Of a stretch of DNA of 64,000 bases, positions 54,570-64,000 are shown piece after piece. A program made the position numbers and the translations under genes. How positions within the stretch are numbered: the stretch's first letter is position 1; every line of letters starts with the position of its first letter. Source of the DNA: Bdellovibrionota bacterium (lineage in GTDB: Bacteria; Bdellovibrionota_C; UBA2361; JBIKWN01). The stretch lies in the NCBI GenBank assembly GCA_044356295.1, contig JBIKWN010000007.1, forward strand, positions 10,627 through 74,626, read 5' to 3'. Under the pieces are notes generated by a model. That model saw nothing but the letters and a program-made list of their open reading frames with translations, was not told the DNA's origin and did not search any database.

Positions 54570-56231
54570 TTACAGTGTATGATCTCGCAGACCTCTTTCC
54601 CCTCTTCTCATACAAAATCTTTGCGCAAGGAAGTTCAAACTTATTAATGCGAATAAGATAAGCATCCTCTCAAAAACAAATATATCGCCGGGAAGTGAAA
54701 TAATAAGCCATACTGGATAGAAATGAATCAGCACCCAGAAAGCTCCAGTAAGCATGAAAATAATATTTCCGTACCCTACTGCTAATTGAGAAAGATGCTC
54801 CCAATCAAATCTTGAGTAAAGTGCTCCGAGCCCAATCGCAATTCCCACAATACCGTATGAAAACGCGATACTACATATAACATATAAACCGATCATTGAA
54901 CTTGTTCCTCCGCTGGCAAATGTACCGAGTAACATCGCAATAGATTGAAACGTCGCAACCACAAGAAACCAAGTATAAAATTTAGTATTTAAAAAATGAC
55001 TAAAAGAAATCGGTGCTTTTACAAGATAGGTATAAAATGCACGACCTTCAATTGAAATAGATGGAAATACAAATCGAGTGCACAGTGCAAGCGCAATAAA
55101 AGACGCCATACAAAAATTAGATATAAATAGAAAATGGCTCCACCATTTTGAATCTGGACCAACCACCGAAAGTCCGGTAAATACCCTTAAGTTATAAATA
55201 TAGATAGTAAAAACACCAAAAAGTAATACGCCTTGAAAAAGCTGAGCTACATCTCGTATAAGAAGAAGACCGTCCCTCATTACATACGATAACGATACTC
55301 GCTGAGATGCATTTGCGTAGTGTATCCATCTACGACCATAACTCGATGAGAATTGTTTTGTACGTGATTGGCTGCGGCTCTCTGCGTAAGCCTTGCCATG
55401 AAATCGCTCAAATACGATACCAGCTAGTCCCAAACCAATAAGTGCTGAACCAAATAATAACAACGCTCTTGTCAGGATAGGCGAATCACCTATCTTAAGA
55501 AAAGTATCCATACATTCAATAAGCCACGTCGAAGGAGACCATGAGATCGAGGCGACAGAGAAGATCTTTAGTAATTTACTGAGATCTTGGGTGTTACTTT
55601 TTGCACTAATCAGGATTTGAACGAGCTCAACTCCGTACCAGACTGCACCGAGAAATAATAAAATAAAAAATAAAAAGAATATCTTTGAACGTCTAAGGGG
55701 AGCAGCATATGCAAGCAGTGTTGCTGCAAGAAAACCTATCGTTGCTGGAATACAAAAATAAGGCACCAGTAAAAAAATCATTCCAAGAAAAAATTCAAGT
55801 CCTGCATGAAATCGAAATGCATAGGCAAGTATAATAGGCATCACAAAAATAAAAGAAACTAAACTTGTAGCAAGTGCAGTGACAAAAAATCTCTGAAAAA
55901 ATATTTTTAACGAAGATAATGGGGAAGCAAGGAGCAATTCCAAATCTTCACTTTGATAAAATGCTCCGCTAAAGCTAACAATATTAGATATAACCAGAAG
56001 CCCAAAAAGTATCAGAAACATCAGATAGAGCGGCATTGTTGGAGACATATATGCAACAGAAAAAGCACTTTCGAGCTGTTTCAAGATCCAACCTGTTCCA
56101 GCATAACCACCAATCATTATCATACATGCAAGAAGCAGAACGACACCGTCTCTAAAAATTACTTGGGAAATTTTTTTAGATTTTAAAAATCTATTTTTAC
56201 CACCTCTGAGGATCGGATAAAGAAGTATCAT
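54570..56231 (-). CDS. Putative ABC-2-type transporter permease
   Basis: About 12 TM helices; FYQSEDLELLLASP; RFVFPSISIEGRAF. Confidence 0.78.
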   Translation of the reverse strand: MILLYPILRGGKNRFLKSKKISQVIFRDGVVLLLACMIMIGGYAGTGWILKQLESAFSVAYMSPTMPLYLMFLILFGLLVISNIVSFSGAFYQSEDLELLLASPLSSLKIFFQRFFVTALATSLVSFIFVMPIILAYAFRFHAGLEFFLGMIFLLVPYFCIPATIGFLAATLLAYAAPLRRSKIFFLFFILLFLGAVWYGVELVQILISAKSNTQDLSKLLKIFSVASISWSPSTWLIECMDTFLKIGDSPILTRALLLFGSALIGLGLAGIVFERFHGKAYAESRSQSRTKQFSSSYGRRWIHYANASQRVSLSYVMRDGLLLIRDVAQLFQGVLLFGVFTIYIYNLRVFTGLSVVGPDSKWWSHFLFISNFCMASFIALALCTRFVFPSISIEGRAFYTYLVKAPISFSHFLNTKFYTWFLVVATFQSIAMLLGTFASGGTSSMIGLYVICSIAFSYGIVGIAIGLGALYSRFDWEHLSQLAVGYGNIIFMLTGAFWVLIHFYPVWLIISLPGDIFVFERMLILFALISLNFLAQRFCMRRGERGLRDHTL

Positions 56232-56857
56232 TGTGCTACCTCATCATTGGTAAGCGATTCTAAAAGCTTTGTCGCAAATGGGGGTATTGAAGGTAGTACT
56301 GGGATAGTTCCATCGCACATTTGATTAGGATTTCGTCTTTCAATTATTAAAGATTCTAGAGGTAACGATGACCCTTCAACTCTTTTTTTGAAGGGAATTC
56401 TTAATATGAAACGATTACGTTCCTCGAGAAGTACAATTGGTCCATCAACGTTATGCTCGACAGAGAAAGGATTCTGAAATAAATTACCTGAAATTTTAAC
56501 ATGAATTTGTTGAACACCTGAAAGTTCAATGTGAATAGATTTACCTCCCGTCGTTACCATTATATAAGCACGGTACAATTGCCCTATATCATTAAAAAAG
56601 AAACGATCTTTTATGATTTCTTTATTCCCTACCAAACTTGCTTCAAGTTCAATGCCTTGAGGTGCTAGGTTCTTTAATACGAACGGAAAAATACACTTAC
56701 CTTCGTATGATAATTGATACTCAGCATTGAGGGAGTCTAATTCAAAAGCAATAAACGGCTGCTCGTGTTGATAGCGATACATTCCAGTCAGGACAAAGGC
56801 GATTCCTAAGAGAAATAAAAATATCGAAAAAATTGAGAGAGAGGCTGCTCGTTTCAT
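56228..56857 (-). CDS. Hypothetical membrane-anchored protein
   Basis: N-terminal TM helix; ATGA overlap with the permease. Start placed at ATG 56857. Confidence 0.65.
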   Translation of the reverse strand: MKRAASLSIFSIFLFLLGIAFVLTGMYRYQHEQPFIAFELDSLNAEYQLSYEGKCIFPFVLKNLAPQGIELEASLVGNKEIIKDRFFFNDIGQLYRAYIMVTTGGKSIHIELSGVQQIHVKISGNLFQNPFSVEHNVDGPIVLLEERNRFILRIPFKKRVEGSSLPLESLIIERRNPNQMCDGTIPVLPSIPPFATKLLESLTNDEVAQ

Positions 56858-56887
56858 TAGAATAATGCTACTATAGAGTTCACTATC

Positions 56888-58291
56888 GTGCATTTCCTAA
56901 TCGACAGAATCTGTTACCACCGTGAGTATTCTAAGAATGTCTCACTTCGTGCTGCTATGCTTGATGCAGCTTATTTTTGCATGATGATAGGGTTCGGAGA
57001 TACTTTTCTCAACAGCTTTGCTATTGCCCTGGGCGGCTCATCATTTCAAGTAGGTATGATGAGTGCAATTCCTCCCTTGGTAGCTGCCCTTTCACAAGTT
57101 TTAGGTTTGAGTCTCTACCGGAAAGGGATCGCTCGTAAAAAAATCATAACAACTGGTGTTTTTATTCAAGGAATGAGCTGGTTTCTGCTTGCTGCTTTAG
57201 CTCTTCTTTCTTCATCGTTCCCAAGTATCTCTTTATTCGCCTTATTGATTCTTTGGTCTCTCTATTTAGGTTCTGGAAATACCACAGCTCCAGTCTGGAA
57301 TAGCCTCATTGGTGATCTAGTTCCAGTATCTATTAGAGGAAGTTACTTTGGATTTCGCACGCAAAGAAGTGGATGGATTACTGTCGCATGCATGATGTTA
57401 GGGGGCGGCTTGCTTTCTTACGCAAGAAGCTCTGGGTACGAACTTTACGGCTTTTGCTTAATATTTCTGATTGCAGGTATTGCCCGAATAATCTCTGGAT
57501 ATTGGCTTGAGCAATATGAAGAACCTGGCTATACCATCTCTAAGCAGGATCAGTTCTCATTTTTTCGTTTTATTAAAAGTGCCAGAAGATCAAATTTTAC
57601 AAAGTTTTCTTTCTTTTTTGCTTTAATGAATGGTGCCGCTGCAATGTCTGGCTCCTACTTTGGTTTGTATCTTTTAAGAGATTTAAAACTTTCATACATA
57701 GAGTTCTCTGGACTTATGACTTTACAACTACTGATTCAATTTGGATTCATGAATCAGTGGGGAAAGTTATCAGATGAATTTGGAAATAAAAAAATCCTTG
57801 AATTTTGTTCTCTTGGAGTTTGTTTTTCAGGAGTTGTTTGGCTGGTATCGGACAACTATCTTTACATGTGTCTGGGTCAAATCTATGGTGGGCTTTTTTG
57901 GGCTGGTTTTAATTTAGCGGGGAGTAATTTTCTATTTGATGCTGTTTCTCCTCCCAAGAGGGCGCAGTGTGCAACCTATTTAACGCTGATTAACTCTTCA
58001 TTTATTGCTTTAGGTACCTACATTGGTGGAGTTCTTGTTACCTATCTTCCTAATGATTTTTTTATCTATCAAGGATTATTCACGTCGACGAGTGTCTATT
58101 ATAAAATATTTGTTTTTTCAGGTATCCTTCGTTTTATAGTGTTTCTGGTAATGCTTTCTCGATTCTCTGAGGTACGAGAAGTGTCTCCTACCCGACACCT
58201 CGATATTTTTTACCGCATAACTGGTATGCATGGGGTTGCTGAAGCAACATTTGAATGGATTACATCAAATCGCTCAAGAAAAACAAAATGA
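56888..58291 (+). CDS. MFS transporter
   Basis: 12 TM pattern; WNSLIGDLVPVSIRGSYFG; WGKLSDEFGNK. Confidence 0.9.
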   Translation: MHFLIDRICYHREYSKNVSLRAAMLDAAYFCMMIGFGDTFLNSFAIALGGSSFQVGMMSAIPPLVAALSQVLGLSLYRKGIARKKIITTGVFIQGMSWFLLAALALLSSSFPSISLFALLILWSLYLGSGNTTAPVWNSLIGDLVPVSIRGSYFGFRTQRSGWITVACMMLGGGLLSYARSSGYELYGFCLIFLIAGIARIISGYWLEQYEEPGYTISKQDQFSFFRFIKSARRSNFTKFSFFFALMNGAAAMSGSYFGLYLLRDLKLSYIEFSGLMTLQLLIQFGFMNQWGKLSDEFGNKKILEFCSLGVCFSGVVWLVSDNYLYMCLGQIYGGLFWAGFNLAGSNFLFDAVSPPKRAQCATYLTLINSSFIALGTYIGGVLVTYLPNDFFIYQGLFTSTSVYYKIFVFSGILRFIVFLVMLSRFSEVREVSPTRHLDIFYRITGMHGVAEATFEWITSNRSRKTK

Positions 58292-59580
58292 AGATTCTTT
58301 TTCTTGCATTTATTTGGCCTGAACCTACTTCATCTGCTGCTGGTCATCGATTCTTGCAACTTATTACAAGTTGTTTTGATTCAGGTCATGAAATAATTAT
58401 CAGTTCAGCATGTCAACCAAACCAATTTCAAAGTAACTTGCATGAGCTTGGTATCAAAACCGTTCGCTTTGAAGCTAATGATTCCTCATTCGATGAATTC
58501 ATTAAAAAATTTAATCCAGATATTGTTATCTTTGATCGATTTATGATCGAAGAACAATTTAGTTGGCGGGTAAAAGCACACTGCCCTGATGCTGTAAGAA
58601 TTCTTGATTCGTGTGATCTACATTCTTTACGACGTCTCAGAGAATCTAAAATTAAAAATAATGATTCTGTAAAAAGTATTGCCCCGTCAGATTTGGTCGA
58701 AACCGATGCGCTGCGTGAGATCGCCTCTATCTTGAGATCAGACCTCACCTTAATTATTTCTAGTTTTGAAATTGAATTTCTTATTGAGAATTACGCAATT
58801 CCCAACTCATTAATAGCACTTCAACGTTTTTGGTATGATTCAATTCCTACAACAAAATTACTTGAAGAAAGAGAGCACTTTGTCTGTATAGGAAACTTCA
58901 ATCACGCACCAAACAGGGATAGTATTAAAATACTTCAAACTGCTCTTTGGCCAAAAATCAGGCAAATCTCACGAGAGCGAGGTGTTAATAACCCACAACT
59001 ACATGTGTACGGAGCGTATCCTACTCCTGAATATATATCATTGAACGATCCAAAAACTGGATTCTATGTTAAAGGATGGACACCAGATTCTATTGAAATG
59101 CTAAAAAATTACCGAGTTAACCTTGCTCCTCTGCGGTTTGGAGCTGGAATAAAAGGGAAAATATCAGATGGTTGGGTTGCTGGAACACCCTGTATTACCA
59201 CTGAGATTGGTTCTGAAGGAATGCATGAAAATCTACCATTTGGTGGTTTTATAGAAAATGATTGGGATTTATTTGCACAAGCGGCTGTGGATGTCTATCT
59301 CGATCAGTCTCTCTGGCTTACAAATCAAAAGAACGGATATGAAATTATAAATGCCCTATATAATCCAAAAATAAATAATCATCAGTTTTTGCAATCATTA
59401 CATGATTCGATGAAAAATAAATCTGAATTTAGAACTAGAAATATTATTGGCACATTACTTTGGTATGAACAATTTAGATCAACAGAGTTTTTCTCTCGAT
59501 GGATTGAAGCGAAGAATAAACATTCGACTTCGCTCATGTCGACTTCGCTCATGTCGCCTACGCTCAAGGTCACGGGGTAG
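58288..59580 (+). CDS. Glycosyltransferase (GT-B, family 4-like)
   Basis: WPEPTSSAAG, FDRFMIEEQF, IGNFNHAPN, APLRFGAGIKGK. Start at ATG 58288 (ATGA overlap). Confidence 0.85.
   Translation: MKILFLAFIWPEPTSSAAGHRFLQLITSCFDSGHEIIISSACQPNQFQSNLHELGIKTVRFEANDSSFDEFIKKFNPDIVIFDRFMIEEQFSWRVKAHCPDAVRILDSCDLHSLRRLRESKIKNNDSVKSIAPSDLVETDALREIASILRSDLTLIISSFEIEFLIENYAIPNSLIALQRFWYDSIPTTKLLEEREHFVCIGNFNHAPNRDSIKILQTALWPKIRQISRERGVNNPQLHVYGAYPTPEYISLNDPKTGFYVKGWTPDSIEMLKNYRVNLAPLRFGAGIKGKISDGWVAGTPCITTEIGSEGMHENLPFGGFIENDWDLFAQAAVDVYLDQSLWLTNQKNGYEIINALYNPKINNHQFLQSLHDSMKNKSEFRTRNIIGTLLWYEQFRSTEFFSRWIEAKNKHSTSLMSTSLMSPTLKVTG
59523..59568 (+). repeat. Three tandem 15-bp units (TCGACTTCGCTCATG twice plus one degenerate), REP-derived
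   Basis: TTCGACTTCGCTCA (59523-59536) is the exact reverse complement of 21009-21022. Confidence 0.7.
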
Positions 59581-59603
59581 GAAATGTTTTGCCTTAATGG
59601 CAG

Positions 59604-61088
59604 CTATGCAACAGTGCGATACTCGGCAAGTTTATTTCTAAGCGTTCTAATACTGATACCTAAAAGCTTAGCAGCTTGGGTTCTATTCTGTTTGCAACTT
59701 TTAAGTGTTTCGAAAATTAATGCTTTCTCGACTTGATGTACTGTGAGTCCACTTCTAATAATTAATGGGTCTTCCGAAGCAGCTTTTGCTACATGAACAT
59801 CTTCAACCAAATGATGTTGTCCATGAATAGATCCTTTTTCAAATGAATCATCTTCGGCATCTGTTTCACGAACATCAATTTCACGTATCGGTTCACGTAT
59901 AATTTCAATTTGCTGGGACAACGTGGATTGACCTTGCGTACCAAGAAAGAAATCTGCTTGAGTAGGCGTATTACCATTACAAAGAATTGCTCCACGCTCA
60001 ATTGCATTTTGTAGCTCTCTGATATTTCCAGGCCATGGATATTCTTGAAGAGCATTCATTACCTCACTTGGTATTTCAATATCTTTACCAAGGAATTGCT
60101 TAATAAAATGGTGAGCCAATAACTTAATATCATCTTTTCTATGACGAAGAGCTGGAAGTGTTAATGGGATAACATTTAAGCGGTAATACAAATCTGCTCT
60201 GAATCGACCTGCTTTTACTTCATCTTCAAGGTTTCTGTTTGTTGTTGCAACAACACGTACATCAATAGATATCGGTGAAGAACCACCCACTCTATCAACT
60301 TCACGTTCTTGTAAAACACGAAGTAGCTTGGCTTGAAGTGCAAGATCCATCTCTGAAATTTCATCTAACAGAATCGTTCCACCATGAGCTAACTCAAACT
60401 TACCAATTTTCTTATTTTGAGCACCTGTAAACGAACCTTTTTCGTGACCAAACAATTCACTTTCAAGAAGTGAATCAGGTAGTGCCGCACAGTTTACCGC
60501 TACAAATTGTTGATTAGCACGAGGACTGGAAGTGTGAATTAAGCGAGCAATCAACTCTTTCCCTGTTCCAGACTCACCTGCTATCAATATTGTTGCATCA
60601 CTTTTTGCAACTGCTTCAGATACTTCAAGGATCCGGATCATTGTTGGATCATTGGTAATTATAGCTCTGCCTTTTGTTTTCTTTGATTTTGCTTTTATCT
60701 CTTTTTGGTCAAGTGACAGAACACGCTCTACAACTCTTTCTAAATCTTGGTGAGAAAACGGTTTTGTAATAAAGTCCGCTGCCCCAGCTTGCATAGCTTC
60801 TACTGCTTGGTTAACCGTACCATGCGCTGTGATCATTATGAGCGGAATGGTTGATTCTTTTTTTTGTAACTCTGCCATGAGTTCGTTACCGGTCATCTCT
60901 GGCATTCTTTGGTCAGTTATAATGAGATCAAAAGGCTGTTGCTCGATTGCTTCCAAAGCAGCACGTCCGTTTCCTACTACGGTTATGGCGTATCCAGATC
61001 TAGTTAACGTAGCCTTAATTGCAAGTTGCATCTGTGGATCATCATCAGCAACAAGAATTTTTAGACCGTTTGATTGATTATTACTCAT
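59604..61088 (-). CDS. Sigma54-dependent response regulator (FleR/FlrC-like)
   Basis: Receiver domain, GESGTGKE, GSFTGA, WPGNIREL, LGISIRTLRNKL. Confidence 0.9.
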   Translation of the reverse strand: MSNNQSNGLKILVADDDPQMQLAIKATLTRSGYAITVVGNGRAALEAIEQQPFDLIITDQRMPEMTGNELMAELQKKESTIPLIMITAHGTVNQAVEAMQAGAADFITKPFSHQDLERVVERVLSLDQKEIKAKSKKTKGRAIITNDPTMIRILEVSEAVAKSDATILIAGESGTGKELIARLIHTSSPRANQQFVAVNCAALPDSLLESELFGHEKGSFTGAQNKKIGKFELAHGGTILLDEISEMDLALQAKLLRVLQEREVDRVGGSSPISIDVRVVATTNRNLEDEVKAGRFRADLYYRLNVIPLTLPALRHRKDDIKLLAHHFIKQFLGKDIEIPSEVMNALQEYPWPGNIRELQNAIERGAILCNGNTPTQADFFLGTQGQSTLSQQIEIIREPIREIDVRETDAEDDSFEKGSIHGQHHLVEDVHVAKAASEDPLIIRSGLTVHQVEKALIFETLKSCKQNRTQAAKLLGISIRTLRNKLAEYRTVA

Positions 61089-61939
61089 TGTTGTACGTCT
61101 CCTTTACGTGGAAGGTCGATGGTAAACACTGCACCGTTATCGTTAGATGCAGCAATTTTCCCAAAATGCTGTTCGATTATCTGTTTTACGATAGATAATC
61201 CAAGCCCAGTTCCCTCATTTTTGGAGGTGATAAAAGGCTCAAAAATCGTTGGAAGTATCTTCTCGTCAATTCCCTTACCGTTATCTCTAATAACGATTTG
61301 AAGACCATTCTGGGTATCGCGTGTCGTGATAAGAATAGCTCCTTGGTACTGGGTCGCTTGAAGACAATTCAAAATGAGATTGTAAAATACCTGTCTGAGA
61401 GATGCCTCACAGCCATTAATATATGCGTTGCCTCTTAAAACAAGTTCAAAGACAGCACGATTTGATTCTGTGCGAGGAAAGCAATGAAGCTGCTCTTGTA
61501 TTACGGAATGTATATTGACTGGAGCAAAACGAAGTTTTTTATCTTTCGAAAACTGCAAAATATTCGAAACGACATGATCAAGTGCATTAATACTTTGGTC
61601 AATTTGATCAATTAACTGTAAAGAATCTGCACGCTCTGAACAATCTGAACGAAGCAATGAAACAAAGATTTTTATTGCTCCAAGTGGATTTCTTACTTCA
61701 TGTGCAATGGCTGCTGCAGTTTCACCCAACATTGATAAACGCTCTCGTCGTTTAATCTCTTCATCTTTACTTTTTAATGTCTCTCGAAGCACTTGAGTTT
61801 CATTAACTAATTCTTGATATTTATCTTGTAGACGTAAACTTGTTTCACTGAACTTTGAAAATGCCTCATTGAGTGCTTGAATATCTTCAGCAGGAAGAGG
61901 ATTCTTCATAATTGGTTCTAATTGATTATGCTTTGACAT
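61085..61939 (-). CDS. Cytoplasmic histidine kinase (FleS/FlrB-like) with no sensor domain
   Basis: N-terminal coiled coil (AFSKFSETSLRLQDKYQEL), AHEVRNPLG, DNGKG, GTGLGL. Confidence 0.88.
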   Translation of the reverse strand: MSKHNQLEPIMKNPLPAEDIQALNEAFSKFSETSLRLQDKYQELVNETQVLRETLKSKDEEIKRRERLSMLGETAAAIAHEVRNPLGAIKIFVSLLRSDCSERADSLQLIDQIDQSINALDHVVSNILQFSKDKKLRFAPVNIHSVIQEQLHCFPRTESNRAVFELVLRGNAYINGCEASLRQVFYNLILNCLQATQYQGAILITTRDTQNGLQIVIRDNGKGIDEKILPTIFEPFITSKNEGTGLGLSIVKQIIEQHFGKIAASNDNGAVFTIDLPRKGDVQQ

Positions 61940-61942
61940 ACC

Positions 61943-62851
61943 TTATACTGCTCCTCGAAGTTGCCACTCTTTGTGTTCAGTCGCTGCGTTGATAAGCCCT
62001 AACCAAAAATCTGATGCACTGTACTTTTGATTTGCTTGCATGCGTATTGATCGCATTGTCTCAATATCATTCAACTGAATAGAAGACTCAATTAATGCGT
62101 ACTGAGTCCAGCTATCAATAAATTGTTCTGGAAAATCTTTCTGTCCTTTTTCTATCCAAAATTTTACTTTATCCGGTTTATTTTGTTGTAAATTGAGTTC
62201 AGCAAGTTTCCTGAAAGTTTCGGCAGTTCTTTCATGCCCATACGGTACTGCTTTGAAATGATCCTCTGCTTCACTGATTCGGTTTAATGAATATGCACTT
62301 TCACCGAGTAAAAACTGAACTTCTCCTTCATCATCTCCGTCAGATTGATTAGATGCATCCGAAAGTACTGCATAGGTCTCACCATAATTTTTAAGATGAT
62401 ATTGTGCTTGTCCAATAAGCAGGAGCATTTTTGCTCTGAGTGGTCCAACTTCAGTTACATGCTCAAGGGCTTTCTTACCCAGCAATGATGCCATTTGATA
62501 ATGCTCTTGCTGTAACTCAATGATACCTCTTGATAAATAGATTCGACCTTTATCAGTAGCTGTCAATGATGGCGATTCAAGGGCTTGTTCAAATAATCCT
62601 GCTGCTCGTTCATGTAAATTGAGTGCCCACGCAGATCGTGCGGCTGCAATTTTACTTTCAACAGTAATTTTTCTTTTTGGAAGCTTATCAAAGGTTACAA
62701 GTGCAGGATAATATTCTCCCCTACTTGCTAGAACCTGTACCGTGATCGCTTCCTCTGCATGTAATGAATAAGCACTACAGCAACGTATCAGTACACTGGT
62801 CAGTAATAGTAATCTTGAAATAATATTCATCACTGTGAAATCCTTCTTCAC
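61943..62851 (-). CDS. Exported TPR protein
   Basis: Signal peptide; tandem helical TPR-like repeats. Confidence 0.75.
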   Translation of the reverse strand: MKKDFTVMNIISRLLLLTSVLIRCCSAYSLHAEEAITVQVLASRGEYYPALVTFDKLPKRKITVESKIAAARSAWALNLHERAAGLFEQALESPSLTATDKGRIYLSRGIIELQQEHYQMASLLGKKALEHVTEVGPLRAKMLLLIGQAQYHLKNYGETYAVLSDASNQSDGDDEGEVQFLLGESAYSLNRISEAEDHFKAVPYGHERTAETFRKLAELNLQQNKPDKVKFWIEKGQKDFPEQFIDSWTQYALIESSIQLNDIETMRSIRMQANQKYSASDFWLGLINAATEHKEWQLRGAV

Positions 62852-64000
62852 GCTGAAGCTACTTCTAAATTATTTTCAAATGTTTCATCATCAGACGATT
62901 GAAGATCATCAATGTCATTTACATTATTATCATAGGCGATGACTTCTATCTTCGATTCGAGACCTTTCTTTTTTATTTTCTCAACTAAAGTAGTTCGATT
63001 TAATTTCAGCAATTTTGCTGCTGCTTTCTTATTACCAGCAGTTCTTTCCAATGCTTTCATAATCAAAGAATTTTCAAATCCATCAACAAGAGCATTAAAA
63101 TCAAGTCCGCTCTCAGGGATCTCTTCAATAGAAGTACTGGTAACTCCTAACGAGAGTATTTTTGGTTGAATGAGTTGATCAGTATATTCTTGTGCCCTCT
63201 GTAACGTTTCACCGCTGAGCATGTATTCTGGTAAATCAGTAGTTTGTAACGTTGGACCATCGGATAAAATCGCAAGTCGTTCCATGACATTTTCAAGTTC
63301 GCGAACATTGCCAGGCCATGAATATGCGCACAGTGCAGACATCGCTTCGTTGGTAATACTGAGCGGTGTCATTCCATTTTGCTCAGCAACTCTTTCAAGG
63401 AAATAATTACAAAGAAGCCCAACATCATCACCACGATCTCTTAATGCTGGTAATTCTACAGGTACTACTTGAAGTCTATAGTAGAGATCCTCTCTAAATC
63501 TGCCTTGTCGTACTTCTTCACGCAGATCTTTATTCGTCGCAGCAATAACACGAACATTTACTTCAACAGAACGTGTTGCTCCAACAGGCTCAACAACTCT
63601 TTCTTGAAGTACTCGAAGGAGTTTAACTTGAAGTTTTGGACTCATCTCTCCAATTTCATCAAGGAATATTGTTCCGTTATCTGCAAGTTGAAAACGTCCA
63701 ACCTTACTAGCTATTGCTCCAGTAAAAGCACCTTTTTCATGTCCAAAGAGTTCGCTTTCTAAAATCTCTTCCGGAATTGCTCCACAGTTTACTGGAACTA
63801 GTTTTCCTGTTCGTCCAGAGGTTTTATGAATTGCTCTGGCAACTAATTCTTTTCCTGTTCCACTTTCTCCAAGGATAAGAACTGTTGAATTAGTTTTAGA
63901 TACTTTATTGATGAGAGAGAAAACGCGCTGCATTACTTGAGATTCACTAATAATCCCTAAGTACGCTGCTTGTCGTAGTTTTACACTTTTCGATATGAAT
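62848..64000 (-). CDS. Sigma54 enhancer-binding protein, FleQ/FlrA-like (5' end outside the window)
   Basis: GESGTGKE, GAFTGA, WPGNVREL, LNRTTLVEKIK. The frame stays open upstream of 63933 (FISKSVKLRQAAYLGIISESQV) to the window edge. Confidence 0.88.
   Translation of the reverse strand, partial: FISKSVKLRQAAYLGIISESQVMQRVFSLINKVSKTNSTVLILGESGTGKELVARAIHKTSGRTGKLVPVNCGAIPEEILESELFGHEKGAFTGAIASKVGRFQLADNGTIFLDEIGEMSPKLQVKLLRVLQERVVEPVGATRSVEVNVRVIAATNKDLREEVRQGRFREDLYYRLQVVPVELPALRDRGDDVGLLCNYFLERVAEQNGMTPLSITNEAMSALCAYSWPGNVRELENVMERLAILSDGPTLQTTDLPEYMLSGETLQRAQEYTDQLIQPKILSLGVTSTSIEEIPESGLDFNALVDGFENSLIMKALERTAGNKKAAAKLLKLNRTTLVEKIKKKGLESKIEVIAYDNNVNDIDDLQSSDDETFENNLEVASA

Noticed and set aside
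59523..59568. Tandem 15-mers considered as a mini-CRISPR
   Set aside because: Units are adjacent with no spacers, are too short, and no cas genes are present

Overview
AT-rich, densely packed bacterial chromosomal segment. Gene content and flagellar gene order suggest a deltaproteobacterial-type lineage (Bdellovibrionota/Myxococcota-like); this is an inference. No rRNA, tRNA, CRISPR array or transposase is visible. From left to right: cobalamin-riboswitch-controlled btuB-btuF; a solitary tyrosine recombinase; a GNAT plus nitrilase-family pair; an operon encoding a large Thr/Pro-rich exported protein and a subtilase; IHF/HU; an M16 peptidase pair; fabD; an M23 peptidase; a flgFGAHIJMN operon behind a near-consensus sigma54 promoter; regulators; dapD; an oleA-oleBC(fused)-oleD olefin/beta-lactone cluster back-to-back with pabAB; an HD (RelA/SpoT-hydrolase-like) protein; an ECF sigma factor; a T3SS-like operon; a second subtilase; envelope genes; and a FleQ-TPR-FleS-FleR-like cascade. 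The top finding is the compact seven-gene operon at 41616-46597 (minus strand), in which every gene overlaps the next. It encodes its own FliA-like sigma factor, an SctJ ring lipoprotein, a degenerate SctQ/FliN, an SctF needle-like protein, SctV/FlhA, a TPR lipoprotein and a small orphan. It has no SctRSTU, ATPase, SctD or secretin, so it looks like a minimal type-III-secretion-like module, flanked by orphan effector-like genes. All calls come from motif recognition by eye; no database searches were run.
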